Below are positions 8,032 through 19,460 of a stretch of 64,000 nucleotides of DNA, piece after piece (positions within the stretch are counted from its first letter, which is position 1; each line of letters starts with the position of its first letter). The translations under genes and the position numbers were made by a program. The stretch spans positions 7,729 through 71,728 of the forward strand of contig JBMNTK010000001.1 in NCBI GenBank assembly GCA_050945695.1. The letters are read 5' to 3'. The notes under the pieces are model-generated. The model did not search any database. It worked only from the letters and a program-made list of their open reading frames with translations, and was not told the origin of the DNA. This DNA comes from Anaerolineae bacterium. Lineage in GTDB: Bacteria; Chloroflexota; Anaerolineae; DRVO01.

Positions 8032-9642
8032 TCACGCCGCCTCGGTCAGCGCCTCCAGGGTCAGCTGCAGGCGGCGTCGCACCTCGTCCGCGCCCAGGAT
8101 CTGGGTGACCTCATAGAGGGGCGGAGTGCGCTCGGCGCCGGTGAGGGCCAGGCGCAGGGTCATGAAGAGCTTGCCCGCCTTCACCCCCGCTCCCTCGGCC
8201 TGTTGGCGGATCTTGGCCTCCCACTGCTCATGGCCATCGGCGAAGTCGTACTGCTCCAGGTAGGTCCGGAGCATGGCAGCGGCCGCCTCGGCGCTGCCCA
8301 TCTGCTTGGCCAGGGCTTCCGGCGAGGGCGGCGCGTACAGGTCGGGCAGGAAGAAGGCATATTGGAGGACGAAATCGCCCAGCTTCTTGAACCGCTCCGG
8401 CTCCAGGGTGAGGACCCTGCGGGAGTAGTCGGGATCGCGGCGGAAGGCGGCAGCGAAGCGACTCACCTCCTCGGCGCTCAGCTCGTGGGCCACCCGGCCC
8501 TGCTTGGTCCCCTCCTCGATGACCACCCCCTCGCCCTGGGCCTCGATCCGGGCCAGGAGGGCGTCCAAGGCCTCGTAGAACTGGCCGGGGTCAAGCTCGC
8601 GCAGGTACTGGCCGTTGATGAAGTCCAGCAGGTCCCGGTCTGCCACCGGCCCTGCCTTGGAGAGCTGCTCGATCTGGAACAGCCTCACGTACTCCTCGTA
8701 GGGGTAGACGTCCTTTTCCTCGGGGTGGGCCCAGATGATGCGGGTGAGGAAGTTGCGGAACCCCTCGGGGAGGTAACCCTGGTTGCGATACCACTCGATG
8801 GAGGTATCGCCGGAACGCTTGGAGAGCTTGCGTCGGCTGGCATCCCGCAGCAGTGGAGTATGCACGATGCGTGGCATCTCCCAGCCGAAGTAGCGATACA
8901 GGAGCAGGTGCTTGGGGGTGGAGGAGATCCACTCCTCGCCGCGGATGGCAGTGGTTACCCGCATGAAGTGGTCGTCCACCACCACTGCCAGGTGGTAGGT
9001 GGGGAAGCCATCCGACTTGAGCAGCACCTGGTCGTCCACTTGGCGGGAGTCGAAGACGATCTCGCCGCGCAGAGGGTCCTGGAAGCGGAATTCGGCCTCA
9101 TCAGGCACGATCAGGCGTATCACGCACTGTTCTCCCGCCTCCGCCCGGCGGCGGGCCACCTCCGGGTCGAGGTTGCGGCAGTGGCGATCGTACATGGGCG
9201 TGCCACCCACGGCTTGTTGGGCCAGGCGCATGGCCTCCAGCCGCTCTGGGGTGCAGAAGCACCGGTAGGCGTACCCCTGCTCCAAGAGCCACTCCGCCGC
9301 CGCCTGATAGATGGGCAGACGCTCGCTCTGGACGTAGGGGCCGTAGGCCCCGCCCTTCTCTGGCCCCTCGTCGGGGGCAATGCCCAGCCACTCCAGGGCG
9401 GCCAGGATCTCGTGCACGGCTCGGTCATCGAGCCGCTTGCGGTCGGTATCTTCGATGCGCAGGATGAAACGGCCCCCGGTCTTGTCGGCCAGGGCTCGGT
9501 CCACCACCGCCTGCAGGGCGGTGCCGATGTGGGGCCGGCCGGTGGGGCTGGGCGCTACGCGGGTGACCTCGGCGCCGGGCGGCAGATCGCGCGGAGGGTA
9601 GAGGGACTCGTATTGGGCAAGGGATAGCGGACGATCCGACAA
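8032..9642 (-). CDS. gltX: Glutamate--tRNA ligase
   Basis: HIGH motif PTGRPHIGTA; KMSKS-like KLSKRSGD; 536 aa class I aaRS catalytic domain. Confidence 0.93.
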   Translation of the reverse strand: MSDRPLSLAQYESLYPPRDLPPGAEVTRVAPSPTGRPHIGTALQAVVDRALADKTGGRFILRIEDTDRKRLDDRAVHEILAALEWLGIAPDEGPEKGGAYGPYVQSERLPIYQAAAEWLLEQGYAYRCFCTPERLEAMRLAQQAVGGTPMYDRHCRNLDPEVARRRAEAGEQCVIRLIVPDEAEFRFQDPLRGEIVFDSRQVDDQVLLKSDGFPTYHLAVVVDDHFMRVTTAIRGEEWISSTPKHLLLYRYFGWEMPRIVHTPLLRDASRRKLSKRSGDTSIEWYRNQGYLPEGFRNFLTRIIWAHPEEKDVYPYEEYVRLFQIEQLSKAGPVADRDLLDFINGQYLRELDPGQFYEALDALLARIEAQGEGVVIEEGTKQGRVAHELSAEEVSRFAAAFRRDPDYSRRVLTLEPERFKKLGDFVLQYAFFLPDLYAPPSPEALAKQMGSAEAAAAMLRTYLEQYDFADGHEQWEAKIRQQAEGAGVKAGKLFMTLRLALTGAERTPPLYEVTQILGADEVRRRLQLTLEALTEAA

Positions 9643-9811
9643 GTGTACTACTCCCGATCTTCGTTGAGCGTGGGGCTATGGTAGCACGGGGAAGGGAGGG
9701 GCTCAAGGCAGCGGAGAGCGACGCTCTACTGGCCGCACTGGCCTTGCCGGGCGGCGGTCCGATGGCGTAGCCTGAGGGTAACCATGCGTCCCGGCCCCGA
9801 AAGGAGCACCC

Positions 9812-10951
9812 ATGAACCGTGCGCCCCGATACGCCATGAGTCCGAGAGAGCGCGTGCTTACCTCCCTAAGCTGGCGGGAGCCCGACCGGGTGCCCATCCA
9901 GATCTACCTTACCCCCGAGGTCGAGTCCATGCTCCGGGCTCACTTCGGCGCCCAGGAGGCCCCCGAGCCCCTCAGCCCGGCCGCCCGCATCTCCACCGCC
10001 ACCCGCCAGACCCACGGCGACGATGCCCTCCTGGTGCACCTGGGGGTGGACTTCCGCACCATCGAGCCCCGCTGGCAGGGGCCGGTGAAGCCGCCCCATG
10101 ATGGCATTACCTACGACATCTGGGGAGCGGGCTACCGCCGCGTCTTTCACGGTTCCGGCTATTACGACGAGGCGGTGGAGCTGCCGTTGGCGCAGCTTCG
10201 CACCCTCAAGGACGTGGAGAACTACCCCTGGCCTGACCCCGATGACTACGACTACTCCGTTCTGGCCGAGCAGTGTCGCCGCTACGATGACTACGCCATC
10301 ATCCTGGGGAGCGCCGGTTTGCCCGATATCCTCAACGGCGTCTCGCGGGGGCGGGGAATGGAGCGGGTGATGATGGACATCGCCCTGCGCGATCCAGTGG
10401 GGCTGGCCATCATTGATCGGCGGGTGGACTTCTGCTACCAGATGCTGCGCCGGGGACTGGAGGCGGCCGATGGCCGGGTGGATATCCTGCAGCTGGGCGA
10501 GGATACCGGCAACCAAAACGGGCGCATGTTCTCCCCCCGCGACTTCGCCGAGGTCTTCCGGCCCCGGCTGGAGCCCTTCTACCGGCTGGCCCATGAGTAC
10601 GGTGCCCGGGCCATGATGCACTCCTGCGGCGACACCCACGACATCATGCCCACCTTCATCGAGATGGGCCTGGACGTCCTGGATGCCATGCAGCCGGAGC
10701 CCAAGGGCATGGACCCAGAGACGATACGGGCCGCCTGCAAGGGGAAACTGGCCTTCTGCGGGCTCATCAGCACCCAGAAGACGCTGCCCTTTGGCACGGT
10801 GGCGGAGTGCCGAGCGGAGGCGCGCCACCGGCTGGACGTCATCGCCCGCGGGGGTGGCTACATCTTTGCCCCCGCCCACTGCATCCAGCCGGGCACACCG
10901 CTGGAGAATGTGCTGGCAGTCTACGAGGAGGCGCTGGGAAGGCCCCTCTAG
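9812..10951 (+). CDS. Uroporphyrinogen decarboxylase (URO-D) family protein
   Basis: 379 aa; RBS aaaggag 6 nt before the ATG; URO-D/MtaA-like TIM-barrel sequence. Confidence 0.65.
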   Translation: MNRAPRYAMSPRERVLTSLSWREPDRVPIQIYLTPEVESMLRAHFGAQEAPEPLSPAARISTATRQTHGDDALLVHLGVDFRTIEPRWQGPVKPPHDGITYDIWGAGYRRVFHGSGYYDEAVELPLAQLRTLKDVENYPWPDPDDYDYSVLAEQCRRYDDYAIILGSAGLPDILNGVSRGRGMERVMMDIALRDPVGLAIIDRRVDFCYQMLRRGLEAADGRVDILQLGEDTGNQNGRMFSPRDFAEVFRPRLEPFYRLAHEYGARAMMHSCGDTHDIMPTFIEMGLDVLDAMQPEPKGMDPETIRAACKGKLAFCGLISTQKTLPFGTVAECRAEARHRLDVIARGGGYIFAPAHCIQPGTPLENVLAVYEEALGRPL

Positions 10952-12705
10952 TCGGGGGAGGCGCCGGCTTGAGGCAGAGTAAGGAGCACCGTTGTGCCCT
11001 GCCCGGGCGCCGAGGTGACCTGTAGGCGGCCGCCGAATAGCTGCGCCCTCTCCTGCATGCCGGTCAGGCCCAGGTGGCCGTCTCCCAGGTGGGAGTCAGC
11101 GCCCACCTGGAACCCAGGCCCGTCATCCTCCACCACCAGCTGCACCCGATCGGGCTCATAGATCAGGGCCACGCTCACGTGAGTGGCGGTGGAGGCGTGC
11201 TTGCGGATATTGGCGAAGGCCTCTTGGGCGATGCGAAACACGGTCAGCTCCAGTTCTGAGGGCAGCGCCCGCTCTCGGCCCACCACCTCGCAGTGCACCT
11301 GCGTCCCCTCCAGTTGGGTCTCCAGGTCTCGGGCGATGGCGCGCAGGGCCGCCGGTAGCCCCAGGTCCTCCAGGACGTGCGGGCGGAGGTTGTTGCTGAG
11401 CCGGCGCACCTCGCCGATGGCAGAGTGGAGCATGGCCTGGAACCGGGCCAGCTCGGCAGCCGCCTCCGCGTCCAGCTGGTTGCGGCTGCGCAGAAGGTCA
11501 AGCCGCTGGCTGAGGGCCACCAGGTCCTGCACGGTCTCATCGTGGAGGTCGCGAGATAGCCGCAGCCGTTCCTCCTCCTGGCCGCGAAGCACCTGCAGGG
11601 CATAGTGGCGGAGGGTGGCCTGCTGCTCGTCCAGCCGGGCCACCATGCCGTTGACTACCTGGAGCAGGGCGCGCACGTCCGCCGGCCCCTCCACGGCCAA
11701 GGGCCGGAACTTACGGCCGGCCAGGACCCTCTGCCCTTCGGTCACCAGGGCGTCGAGGGGCCGAACCACCCGGCGGGTCGCTCCTATGAGCAGGCCTGCC
11801 ACCAGCAGCACGGCCATTCCCCCCAGGCCGGCCAGGGCCCAGCGGTAGCGGGCCACCTCGCCGGCGATGTTGTCCCAGGGCTCTTCCACCACCACGTACC
11901 AGCCGGTGTCGCCGATGGGGGCAAAGCCCAGAAGCATGCCCGGCGCTTGGGGGTCGGTCTGATAGACGAGCTTTGCCTCTTTGCCCGCCGCCACCAGCTG
12001 CATGAGCCCGGTCTCGTTCACGCGGCTGCGGCCGATCCGCCCCGGGTCGGAGTGGTAGATGAGGTTGCCGGCACTGTCTATGAGGGAGATGGCGCCCCCG
12101 GGGGGCGGGGTGAGCAGGAAGGGTTCGCGCACCCAGTCGTTGCTGTGGAGCAGGAACTGGCCGGTCAGGACCCCCAACCTGCCGTTGGGTTCCTCGACCG
12201 GCACGGCGATGACCACCGCGCTCGCTCCGCTGGGCTGCTCGGCAAAGACGGACGAGAGCACGGGCTGGCCCGTGCCGGTGACGGCCCGGAAGTAGAGCCG
12301 GAAGGCGTAGTTCATGTCCAGGGACGCCCGGGCGGGCGGGGTGACGGCGATCACGTCGCCACCAGAGCCCAGCAGGCTCACCCCGCCCCCGAAGACGCTG
12401 AGCAGGTGAGCGCGATCCAGCAGCACCCGCTGCTGTCGCTCCACGTCGCCGTAGTAGACGGACAGCTCGGCAGAGGTGGCGTGCAGGAGGCGCAGGTAGC
12501 CTTTGAGCGTACCGTAGAGCCCGGCCGAGGCTACCCGAGCCTGCACGGCCTGGCGCTCGAGAGCTTGCCCCTGGGAGAGGGCCTGCAGGCCATAGGCCCC
12601 CAGCCCCAGCCCGATCGCTCCCACCAGCACCAGGGGCGCCAGCGTGGCCACCAGCAACCGCTGACGCAGGTTCAGCCGCGAGGTCCAGTCTCCCGTCCGG
12701 GTCAT
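10948..12705 (-). CDS. Sensor histidine kinase with extracytoplasmic Cache-like domain, HAMP, HisKA_3, HATPase_c
   Basis: 585 aa; N-terminal TM, ~270-aa periplasmic domain, second [16 protein letters not shown]-box, [15 protein letters not shown]-box. Coupled to the upstream RR. Confidence 0.85.
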   Translation of the reverse strand: MTRTGDWTSRLNLRQRLLVATLAPLVLVGAIGLGLGAYGLQALSQGQALERQAVQARVASAGLYGTLKGYLRLLHATSAELSVYYGDVERQQRVLLDRAHLLSVFGGGVSLLGSGGDVIAVTPPARASLDMNYAFRLYFRAVTGTGQPVLSSVFAEQPSGASAVVIAVPVEEPNGRLGVLTGQFLLHSNDWVREPFLLTPPPGGAISLIDSAGNLIYHSDPGRIGRSRVNETGLMQLVAAGKEAKLVYQTDPQAPGMLLGFAPIGDTGWYVVVEEPWDNIAGEVARYRWALAGLGGMAVLLVAGLLIGATRRVVRPLDALVTEGQRVLAGRKFRPLAVEGPADVRALLQVVNGMVARLDEQQATLRHYALQVLRGQEEERLRLSRDLHDETVQDLVALSQRLDLLRSRNQLDAEAAAELARFQAMLHSAIGEVRRLSNNLRPHVLEDLGLPAALRAIARDLETQLEGTQVHCEVVGRERALPSELELTVFRIAQEAFANIRKHASTATHVSVALIYEPDRVQLVVEDDGPGFQVGADSHLGDGHLGLTGMQERAQLFGGRLQVTSAPGQGTTVLLTLPQAGASPD

Positions 12706-13367
12706 TCCAAGTCGTCCACGCTCAGCCAGCCCTGGCGGAGGGCAAAGGCTACCGCCTCGGTTCGGCTGCTCACGCCCAGCTTGCCCAGGATGTTGCGAAC
12801 GTGCACCTGAACGGTGTAGGTGCTGATGGCTAGGTCGGCGGCGATCTCCTTGTTGGACTTGCCGGTGGACAGGGCTCGCAGCACCTCCATCTCCCGCTCG
12901 GTGAGCGCCTCGGCCAGGCCCTCACCGCTGTAGGTGCGGTGGCGGCTATCGAGCCGGCTTACCACCTTGCTCATCACTTGGGAGTCGAACACGCTCTGGC
13001 CCCGCATGACGCTGCGGATGGCCTGGGCCAGGTCCTCGCCGCTGGCGGTCTTGAGGAGGTACCCATCGGCGCCTGCTTCCAGGAGGGGGAACACGTAGCT
13101 ATCGTCTTCGTGGGCCGAGAGCACCAGCACTCGCACTTGCGGGTGGGCTGCCTTGAGGGCCCGGGTGGCCTGGATGCCGTTGAGCTTGGGCATGCGCACG
13201 TCCATGACCACCACGTCTGGCCCCAGCTCCCCGGTGAGACGCACGGCCTCTTCCCCATCTGCGGCCTCGCCCACCACGGCCAGGTCCGAGTATTGCTCCA
13301 GGAGGCGCCGGGTCCCCTCCCGTACCAGATCGTGGTCTTCGGCCAGCAGGATGCGTATGAGGCTCAT
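12702..13367 (-). CDS. Two-component response regulator, NarL/LuxR family
   Basis: [18 protein letters not shown]... receiver plus LuxR HTH; 4-nt overlap with the HK. Confidence 0.9.
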   Translation of the reverse strand: MSLIRILLAEDHDLVREGTRRLLEQYSDLAVVGEAADGEEAVRLTGELGPDVVVMDVRMPKLNGIQATRALKAAHPQVRVLVLSAHEDDSYVFPLLEAGADGYLLKTASGEDLAQAIRSVMRGQSVFDSQVMSKVVSRLDSRHRTYSGEGLAEALTEREMEVLRALSTGKSNKEIAADLAISTYTVQVHVRNILGKLGVSSRTEAVAFALRQGWLSVDDLE

Positions 13368-13413
13368 GCTCTCTCCCTCAAGGCAGGGCAGGGCGGGACG
13401 GATCCGTCCCGCC

Positions 13414-14743
13414 TCAGTCGGCGTCCGGGACCGGGGTAGCCTCGAGCTGCTCCTCCACTAGCTCTAGCCCGTCCTCTTGGAGCCGGTAGATCCGGGTGAC
13501 GGTCTGGCTAGGGCAGCACAAGGGGTCATCGGGCCCGGCGACTTTCATGATCACCGTTATTGTACCCTCTTCCACCCCGATGGACTGCACTTGCACCCGG
13601 TCCCCCAAGAAAGCCTGACCGGCCTGTTGGGGCTGGCCCTCGCGGTTGAGCATGGCCGCCAGGTAGTAGAAGCTTCCCGAGCCGCCCAGCTCCGTGGCTA
13701 TCACGGCCGCGGCATCATCCGCCCCGTCGCCGTCTAGGTCACCGAAGCCGGAGGCCTGGTAGAAGGCCCGATTGACCTCGGTGGCACCGGAGCCGTACTG
13801 GTCCTCGTAGCGGCCGGCGCGCAACTGGAAGGTGCCCAGGTCGGGCAGATCATACTCGGCGTTGGAGAGGTCATCCTCGGTGAGGGCCGTACCATCCATA
13901 TCGAGGAAAGTGGCCGTCTCGTTAGCGGCCCGGGAGATGAGCGCCATGACGTAGCCGTACACGGAGCGCAGCGTCGTCCCGTCCTCAGAGCGCAGGGTGC
14001 CGTCTTCGATCGTGTACTCGGTCACCACCGGCTCCTCGTAGACCTTGTCCTGCTGGCTGTTGAGCGTCACCTGGAGGGTATCGGGGCCGGTCGTCTCCCA
14101 GGTGCCTACCTCTTCGATCGGGGCCTCACCGTTGAGGAAGTCGGTCTTCTGGACGGCGATGCCATCAATCTGCAGGGACAAGGAGATGTCCCGAGCGCAG
14201 CAGGTGGCCGCAGGCAGGAACGCCTTGTAGATGTCGGCCAGCTCCCGCTCCATGCGCAGGGCGGCGGCCTCGGCGTCGTAGGGTATCTCCAGTTGGCCGG
14301 CAGCTAAGGCGCCCACCTCGTACCAGACCACTGGAAGCGCCCCAGCCTGGTCTTCGCCCCAGACGTGAGCCAGGGTGCCGTCTTCGGGCTGGAGGGTGAA
14401 GGCGGCGGGTTGCTCGTAGACCTGGCCGTCCTCGGAGCCGGTCAGCGTCAGGGTGACGGTGCCGTCCTGGGCCACGGTCCAGGTGCCCACCTCGGACAGA
14501 GGCGGCATTTCGTTGAGGTAGTCGTAGACCTGACGCGCGCTCCCATCGAAGTTGAGGTATAGGGTGGCGTCAATGCCAGGGCTGGAGGCGCCGGGCATGA
14601 TGGCCTTGTAGATCCCGACTACCTCGGGGGCCGCGTCGGGGGTGGGAGAGGCTGCCGGCGTTGGGGCGGTGCAGGCGGCCACCGCCAGGGCCAGGGCGAG
14701 CAGACCAATCCGGATAGCTGATCTTCGGGTATGGACGAACATG
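13414..14743 (-). CDS. Lipoprotein with tandem duplicated ~110-aa domain (hypothetical); first gene of the TCS operon
   Basis: Start at [24 protein letters not shown] (lipobox AVAAC). Two repeats beginning [24 protein letters not shown] / [24 protein letters not shown]. The ORF-track N-terminal extension runs into the repeat family and is spurious. Confidence 0.6.
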
Positions 14744-14869
14744 TTGACTCCTTTTGGGTCAAACGTCTCTACGTTGCCCAATGATAGGCGCCTGCCACCC
14801 CCTTGGCATCCCCGCTTGCGGGTACCCCGCCCTGCCAGGAACGGGTCAGCCGGGCTAACTGGGATTAGG

Positions 14870-15130
14870 TAGGCGGTGGGGATTGGCCACAGAGGCACGG
14901 AGACACAGAGGTGACACGTGACGAGTGACGCGTGACCGGCCACGACACCCACGCTACACGCCTGTGGGGGCGGACGACCCGGTCCGCCCTCAGGGGGCAC
15001 AACGAGTGCCAGTCCGGCGTCGGCCTTCGCCGACGCCCTGCCGAAGGCCCCTTAGCCCCGAATTCCATTCGCGAGCTCCGGCCGACCACAGATTCCTCGC
15101 TTCACTCGGAATGACAAGGAGAGGCGCTCG
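14870..15130. repeat. GC-rich mosaic REP-like repeat cluster (family B) copy
   Basis: ccacagaggcacggagacacagaggtgacacgtgac module plus hairpin gggcggacgacccggtccgccc and tcgcttcactcggaatgacaaggag module. Related copies at 19290-19460 and 59390-59900. Confidence 0.55.
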
Positions 15131-15569
15131 GGATGACGCACCGCCGAGGAGTCCGCATCCTCAGGCGCGGCTTCGCTGGCCCATCCTTGCGGCGTTGGCA
15201 TGGGATTCGCACGCAACTTGTGCTAGGCACGGCCTCGGGAGGGTACACTGTAGCCCTCATCGCCGGGGAAGCTCTCGCGCTTTGCTGCCCATCCCTTCGT
15301 CACTCCACCCTCGCTGCCACCGCCGGAGCGCCCATCGCCGGGTACGCCTCTTCGCCAGGCGCACCCTCCTCTCCGAGGCCCTGCCTGGATAGGGCGCCCT
15401 TGACGAGTGACAGTTATGTCTATATGATGCCCCGGCCTTGGGTAGGCCACCCCGACAGCCTCTGCGCCTTCGCCGCGCGGACGGTTGGGGGGTCCGGGGG
15501 AGCATCTCCGGCCATGTTCGCCTGAGTGCCGGTCGCCTGGGGCGCTGAGTCCGATACTGCAATCCGGGA

Positions 15570-18446
15570 GTGGATGGGTTGACCGGCAAGGCTCAACGCG
15601 TGGGGGAAGGAAGACGACCGTTCTTGCCTGTACAGCAAGCACTAGCCCGCGGCTGGCTCCAGGCTGCCCTGGGCTTGGTGGTCGTCCTTTACCTCACTAC
15701 CTTTGTTACCCCTCAACTGCCTCGGCCTGACCTGAGCCTGTACCTGGTGCAGCCGTTACTGTGGCTGGCGCTAGGAGCGGTGGCTCTGGCGTCTGGCCCC
15801 GGTGACCTGACGCGGCCGGACCGCTGGATGGTGTCGGTGGCGGCGCTGGTGGGGCTGTTCCAGGTGGCGCTGTTTCTGGTGGCAGGGATGCTCTCCGGTT
15901 TTGGGCTGTCGCCCTATTCCCACGGTCTGCTGCCGGTAGCGCTCAACCTCGTGTTCGTCTTCTCGCGGCTCTTTGGGCTGGAGATGGCCCGCTGGCGTCT
16001 GGTCCGGCCGTTCATGCGCAGTTCCAGTGCTGGCGGGATGGTGCTGGTGTGGCTGGGCCTGGCCCTGGCTTCGGTCCCCCTGTCGGGGCTGAGCCAACTG
16101 GGCGACCCGGCCTCGGCTTTCCGCATCACCGGCCGGATGCTGCTTCCGGCAGCCTCGGAGAGCCTACTGGCTACCTATCTGGCTGTGGTGAGTGGCCCTG
16201 CCGCGGCGATTGCCTACCGCGGGGCGCTGGCAGGCTTCGAGTGGCTGTTCCCCCTGCTGCCCAACCCGATCTGGCCGATCACCGCCTTCCTGGGAACAGT
16301 CTCGCCCCTGCTGGGGCTGCTCGTGGTGCGAGACCTGGCCGAGTTCCGCAAGGCCAAGGACCTAAGCGACGCTCTAAACCGCATCAACGCCATCATCAAC
16401 TCCTCCCTGGACATTGACCGCATCATGCACCAGGTGGTGGCGGAGTCGGGCCGAGTGCTGGACGCGGACTACACGTGCGTGGTGGCGCGACGGCGTGGCT
16501 CTTGGCAGGTGCGCTACGCCCACGGCATGGCCCCCGTGGCCCCCTGGGCTGATTCCGGAGAGGATGAGCTATCGCTGCCCGACCGGCTGCGCTCCAGCAA
16601 GGATATCCTGGCGGTGGAGGATGTGCGCCGCAGCGAGTGGCGACGCCACCGAGCCCTGGAGCGAAGCGGGGTGCGCGCCTTTCTGGCCGTGCCCTTGGCC
16701 GTGCGGCGCGACGTGATTGGGGTCTTGGTCTTTAGCTCCTACTCCGGCCTAGCCTCCTTCTCCGTAGCGCAGTTGGACTTCGCCCGCAAGCTGTCAGCCT
16801 CCATCTCGCTTGCCCTAGCCAACGCCCGCCTCTATCAGAACGAGCGCCGCCAGCACCTCCTGCTGGACGCCGTGGTGCGCAATGCGCCCGCTGCCATTGC
16901 CGTGCTGGATGGGCGGAGCCTGCGGGTACGCTGGGCCAACCCAGCGGCCGTGAAGGTGCTCGACCCCCCCCTGCGTCAGGACAGCATCACCGGCATGCGG
17001 ATCGAGGATATCCTCCCTGGGGCAGTCGAGGCTGGCATCGTCCAGGCCGCCCGGGAGGTTCTGCGCCGGGGCACTCCTCTCTCCGCTGCCGAGCAGCCGT
17101 ACAGTGGCTTTGCCCGGGGCCAGACGTACTGGCGCTACACCCTCCTGCCCCTAAATGTGCCCGGGAAGGAGTCGCCGGACCTGCTGGTGGTGGCCTTGGA
17201 GGTCACGGAGCAGGTGCAGTCTAGGCAGCGTGTGGCGGAGGTGGCTGCCGAGGCGGAGGAGAAGCTTCAGCGAAGCCTGCGCGAACTGGAGCAGACCCAA
17301 CAGCAGCTCTTCCAGGCCCAGAAGCTGGAGACCGTGGGCCGCCTGGCGGGGGGTATCGCCCACGACTTCAACAACCTCCTGACCGCGATCATGGGCTATG
17401 CCCAGATCGTGCTCGCTTCCCTGCCGGAAGGACCCCTCCAGCAGGACGTGGAGGAAATCGTACAGGCCGCCAAGCGGGCCACGGGGCTCACGAACCGGCT
17501 CTTGGCCTTCTCCCGCCGCCAGGTCATCCGTCCCCAGGCCTTAGAGCTGGACCGTCAGATCGAGAGCATGCACGACCTTCTGGCTCGGCTCCTCGGCGAC
17601 GATGTGGAACTCGTCATGCGCCTGGGCACTGACGGCGGCATCGTCCAGGCCGACCCGAACCAGCTAGAGCAGGTGGTGGTGAACCTGGTCGTCAACGCCG
17701 GCGACGCCATGCCGGAGGGGGGCACCCTCACCCTGGAGACGAGCCCTGTCGTGCTGGAGGACTCCGCTCCTGCCGATGGCCTCGGGCCGGGCCGATACCT
17801 CGCCCTCTCCGTCAGCGATACCGGAACCGGCATGACGAACGAGGTGAAGGAGCACCTCTTCGAGCCCTTCTTCACCACTAAGCCCACGGGGCTGGGCACG
17901 GGCCTAGGGCTGGCCACCGTGTATGGGATCATCAAGCAGCACGGAGGCGGGGTCACCGTACAGAGTGAACTGGGTCGCGGGTCTACCTTCACCATCTATC
18001 TGCCCCAGGTCGAACCCGAGGTCACCGAGCCCGAGGCCGTTCCCGCGCCGGATGAGGAACGCCTCCCCCGCGGACGGGAAGTGGTGCTGGTGGCAGAGGA
18101 TGAGGAGACGGTGCGATCCATCGTGGTGCGCCTGCTCCACGCCCAGGGGTACCGGGTGCTGGAGGCCGAGGACGGTCAGGCTGGGCTGGAGCTAGCGCGG
18201 CGTCACCCAGGGCCCATTGACCTACTGCTGACCGACGTGATGATGCCGCGCATGGGCGGCCACGAGCTGGCCGAGCGCCTGCGACAGGAGCGCCCCGATA
18301 CCCGGGTGCTGTTCATGTCGGGCTACAACACTGAGGAGAATCTCCTGCGCTTGCCCGGATGTGACGGCCCAGTGGGGCTCTTACCCAAGCCGTTCACCCA
18401 CCGGGATTTGGCACGGAAGGTGCGGGAGATACTGGACTGCCAGTAG
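15570..18446 (+). CDS. Hybrid sensor histidine kinase (polytopic membrane domain, GAF, PAS, HisKA, HATPase_c, C-terminal receiver)
   Basis: 958 aa; ~8-10 N-terminal TM helices; H-box [17 protein letters not shown]; G-boxes DTGTGM and [13 protein letters not shown]; C-terminal [22 protein letters not shown]...LLLTDVMMP. Confidence 0.85.
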   Translation: MDGLTGKAQRVGEGRRPFLPVQQALARGWLQAALGLVVVLYLTTFVTPQLPRPDLSLYLVQPLLWLALGAVALASGPGDLTRPDRWMVSVAALVGLFQVALFLVAGMLSGFGLSPYSHGLLPVALNLVFVFSRLFGLEMARWRLVRPFMRSSSAGGMVLVWLGLALASVPLSGLSQLGDPASAFRITGRMLLPAASESLLATYLAVVSGPAAAIAYRGALAGFEWLFPLLPNPIWPITAFLGTVSPLLGLLVVRDLAEFRKAKDLSDALNRINAIINSSLDIDRIMHQVVAESGRVLDADYTCVVARRRGSWQVRYAHGMAPVAPWADSGEDELSLPDRLRSSKDILAVEDVRRSEWRRHRALERSGVRAFLAVPLAVRRDVIGVLVFSSYSGLASFSVAQLDFARKLSASISLALANARLYQNERRQHLLLDAVVRNAPAAIAVLDGRSLRVRWANPAAVKVLDPPLRQDSITGMRIEDILPGAVEAGIVQAAREVLRRGTPLSAAEQPYSGFARGQTYWRYTLLPLNVPGKESPDLLVVALEVTEQVQSRQRVAEVAAEAEEKLQRSLRELEQTQQQLFQAQKLETVGRLAGGIAHDFNNLLTAIMGYAQIVLASLPEGPLQQDVEEIVQAAKRATGLTNRLLAFSRRQVIRPQALELDRQIESMHDLLARLLGDDVELVMRLGTDGGIVQADPNQLEQVVVNLVVNAGDAMPEGGTLTLETSPVVLEDSAPADGLGPGRYLALSVSDTGTGMTNEVKEHLFEPFFTTKPTGLGTGLGLATVYGIIKQHGGGVTVQSELGRGSTFTIYLPQVEPEVTEPEAVPAPDEERLPRGREVVLVAEDEETVRSIVVRLLHAQGYRVLEAEDGQAGLELARRHPGPIDLLLTDVMMPRMGGHELAERLRQERPDTRVLFMSGYNTEENLLRLPGCDGPVGLLPKPFTHRDLARKVREILDCQ

Positions 18447-18662
18447 GGATGTCTTGGCGGCCCTAACCATTTTCTAATACATTCGGCTCCACTTTCATAT
18501 GGATTAGGACTAAGGTACTATCACTCGAGTCTAGGCAACGATGCCAGCGGATCATCCCGCGGGAGCGAGTGTCCGCAAGCGAGTGACACTCCGTATCGTT
18601 GGTGCGAGTGAGGCATGGCGGGGGGCAACGGGTGCCTTACAAGTACGGCAGGAGTGGAAGGG

Positions 18663-18851
18663 ATGACCGATCTTAACAAGCTGGTGTATAAGGCAAGTAA
18701 AGGAGAGCTGCGCGTCGACGAACTGACCGAAGACGCAACTGCTCTCGCCCAGTTCGAGCTTTCGACTGAGGAGAAGGTGGCGCTGCAGCGTCACGTTCAG
18801 AGCGGCCAGTGGACGAACTTCGTCCCCAAGGCCGCCAGCGGCTGGATATAG
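18663..18851 (+). CDS. Small hypothetical protein (62 aa) in an AT-richer intergenic island
   Basis: RBS ggagtggaagggATG; MTDLNKLVYKASKGELRVDELTEDATALAQFELSTEEKVALQRHVQSGQWTNFVPKAASGWI. No Cys; atypical lower GC3 codon usage versus neighbours. Confidence 0.4.
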   Translation: MTDLNKLVYKASKGELRVDELTEDATALAQFELSTEEKVALQRHVQSGQWTNFVPKAASGWI

Positions 18852-19289
18852 GTCTGAACCAGCCTTCGCCAAGGGTGGGTTCACCGAACCCAAACCGAAC
18901 CGCAATCCTCCCACCCTGGAGATGACCTAGACCATCCAGCAGGGAGAGTGCCGAGCCCGGGCAGCACCGGACCGGCCTCGCCAACGACGGTACTATAGCA
19001 ATGCACCCGGGCCCCGGGGTTTGGCTGCCCTTCGCCTTAGTAGCCGACCCCAGCGCGCTTGAGCGTAGAGGCCACCCCGCCATGCCAACCGAACGGGCTG
19101 CCCGATCCTAGAGGGGCAGCCCGTCCCCTGTCCCGAACGCGCCGGGAATGATGACAAACACAGGAAGTCAGCTACTGCTTGCTTCCTTTCCACTCAAGGT
19201 AGCGAGGAGCGGATAAGGCGCCGTTCCTCGCTACCCTGCTTACGCCTCCGCTCCCCTGAGTAACCCCGGGCTGCCAACTTATGTCAAAC

Positions 19290-19460
19290 CGAGCGCATTG
19301 GCCGTCGAATCAACTCGGGGCTGTTGGGCTTTTGGCTGGGCGTCTTGCCCTCAGAGGGCGGACGGGGTCGTCCGCCCCTACCGGCGTGTGGCGTGTCACG
19401 AGTCACGTATCACCTCTGTGTCTCCGTGTCTCTGTGGCTAGTCCCCGCCTGGAGGCGGAA
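19290..19460. repeat. GC-rich mosaic REP-like repeat (family B) copy, inverted orientation
   Basis: gggcggacggggtcgtccgccc hairpin plus gtcacgagtcacgtatcacctctgtgtctccgtgtctctgtgg, the reverse complement of the 14880-14940 module. Confidence 0.55.

Noticed and set aside
8203-9627. 474-aa ORF on the + strand antisense to gltX
   Set aside because: Lies entirely within the gltX gene, which has definitive HIGH/KMSKS motifs. Arg/Gly/Ala/Pro-rich composition typical of antisense frames in high-GC DNA.
9866-10879. 337-aa minus-strand ORF inside the URO-D family gene
   Set aside because: Antisense shadow ORF. No motifs and low-complexity G/A/P/V-rich translation.
11605-12810. 401-aa + strand ORF antisense to the HK/RR pair
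   Set aside because: Shadow ORF of well-supported two-component genes.
13414-15000. N-terminal 86-aa extension of the lipoprotein ORF, and the 19324-19584 ORF, sharing the peptide VTCHLCVSVPLWP
   Set aside because: The shared peptide is the translation of the family-B DNA repeat. The real lipoprotein starts at the internal MFVHTRR with a signal peptide and lipobox.
18663-18851. Small ORF as a RiPP precursor (Nif11/NHLP leader, lasso, lanthipeptide)
   Set aside because: No Cys, Ser or Thr-rich core. No GG/GA leader cleavage motif. No Asp/Glu at core positions 7-9. No maturation enzymes nearby. Kept as a plain hypothetical small protein.
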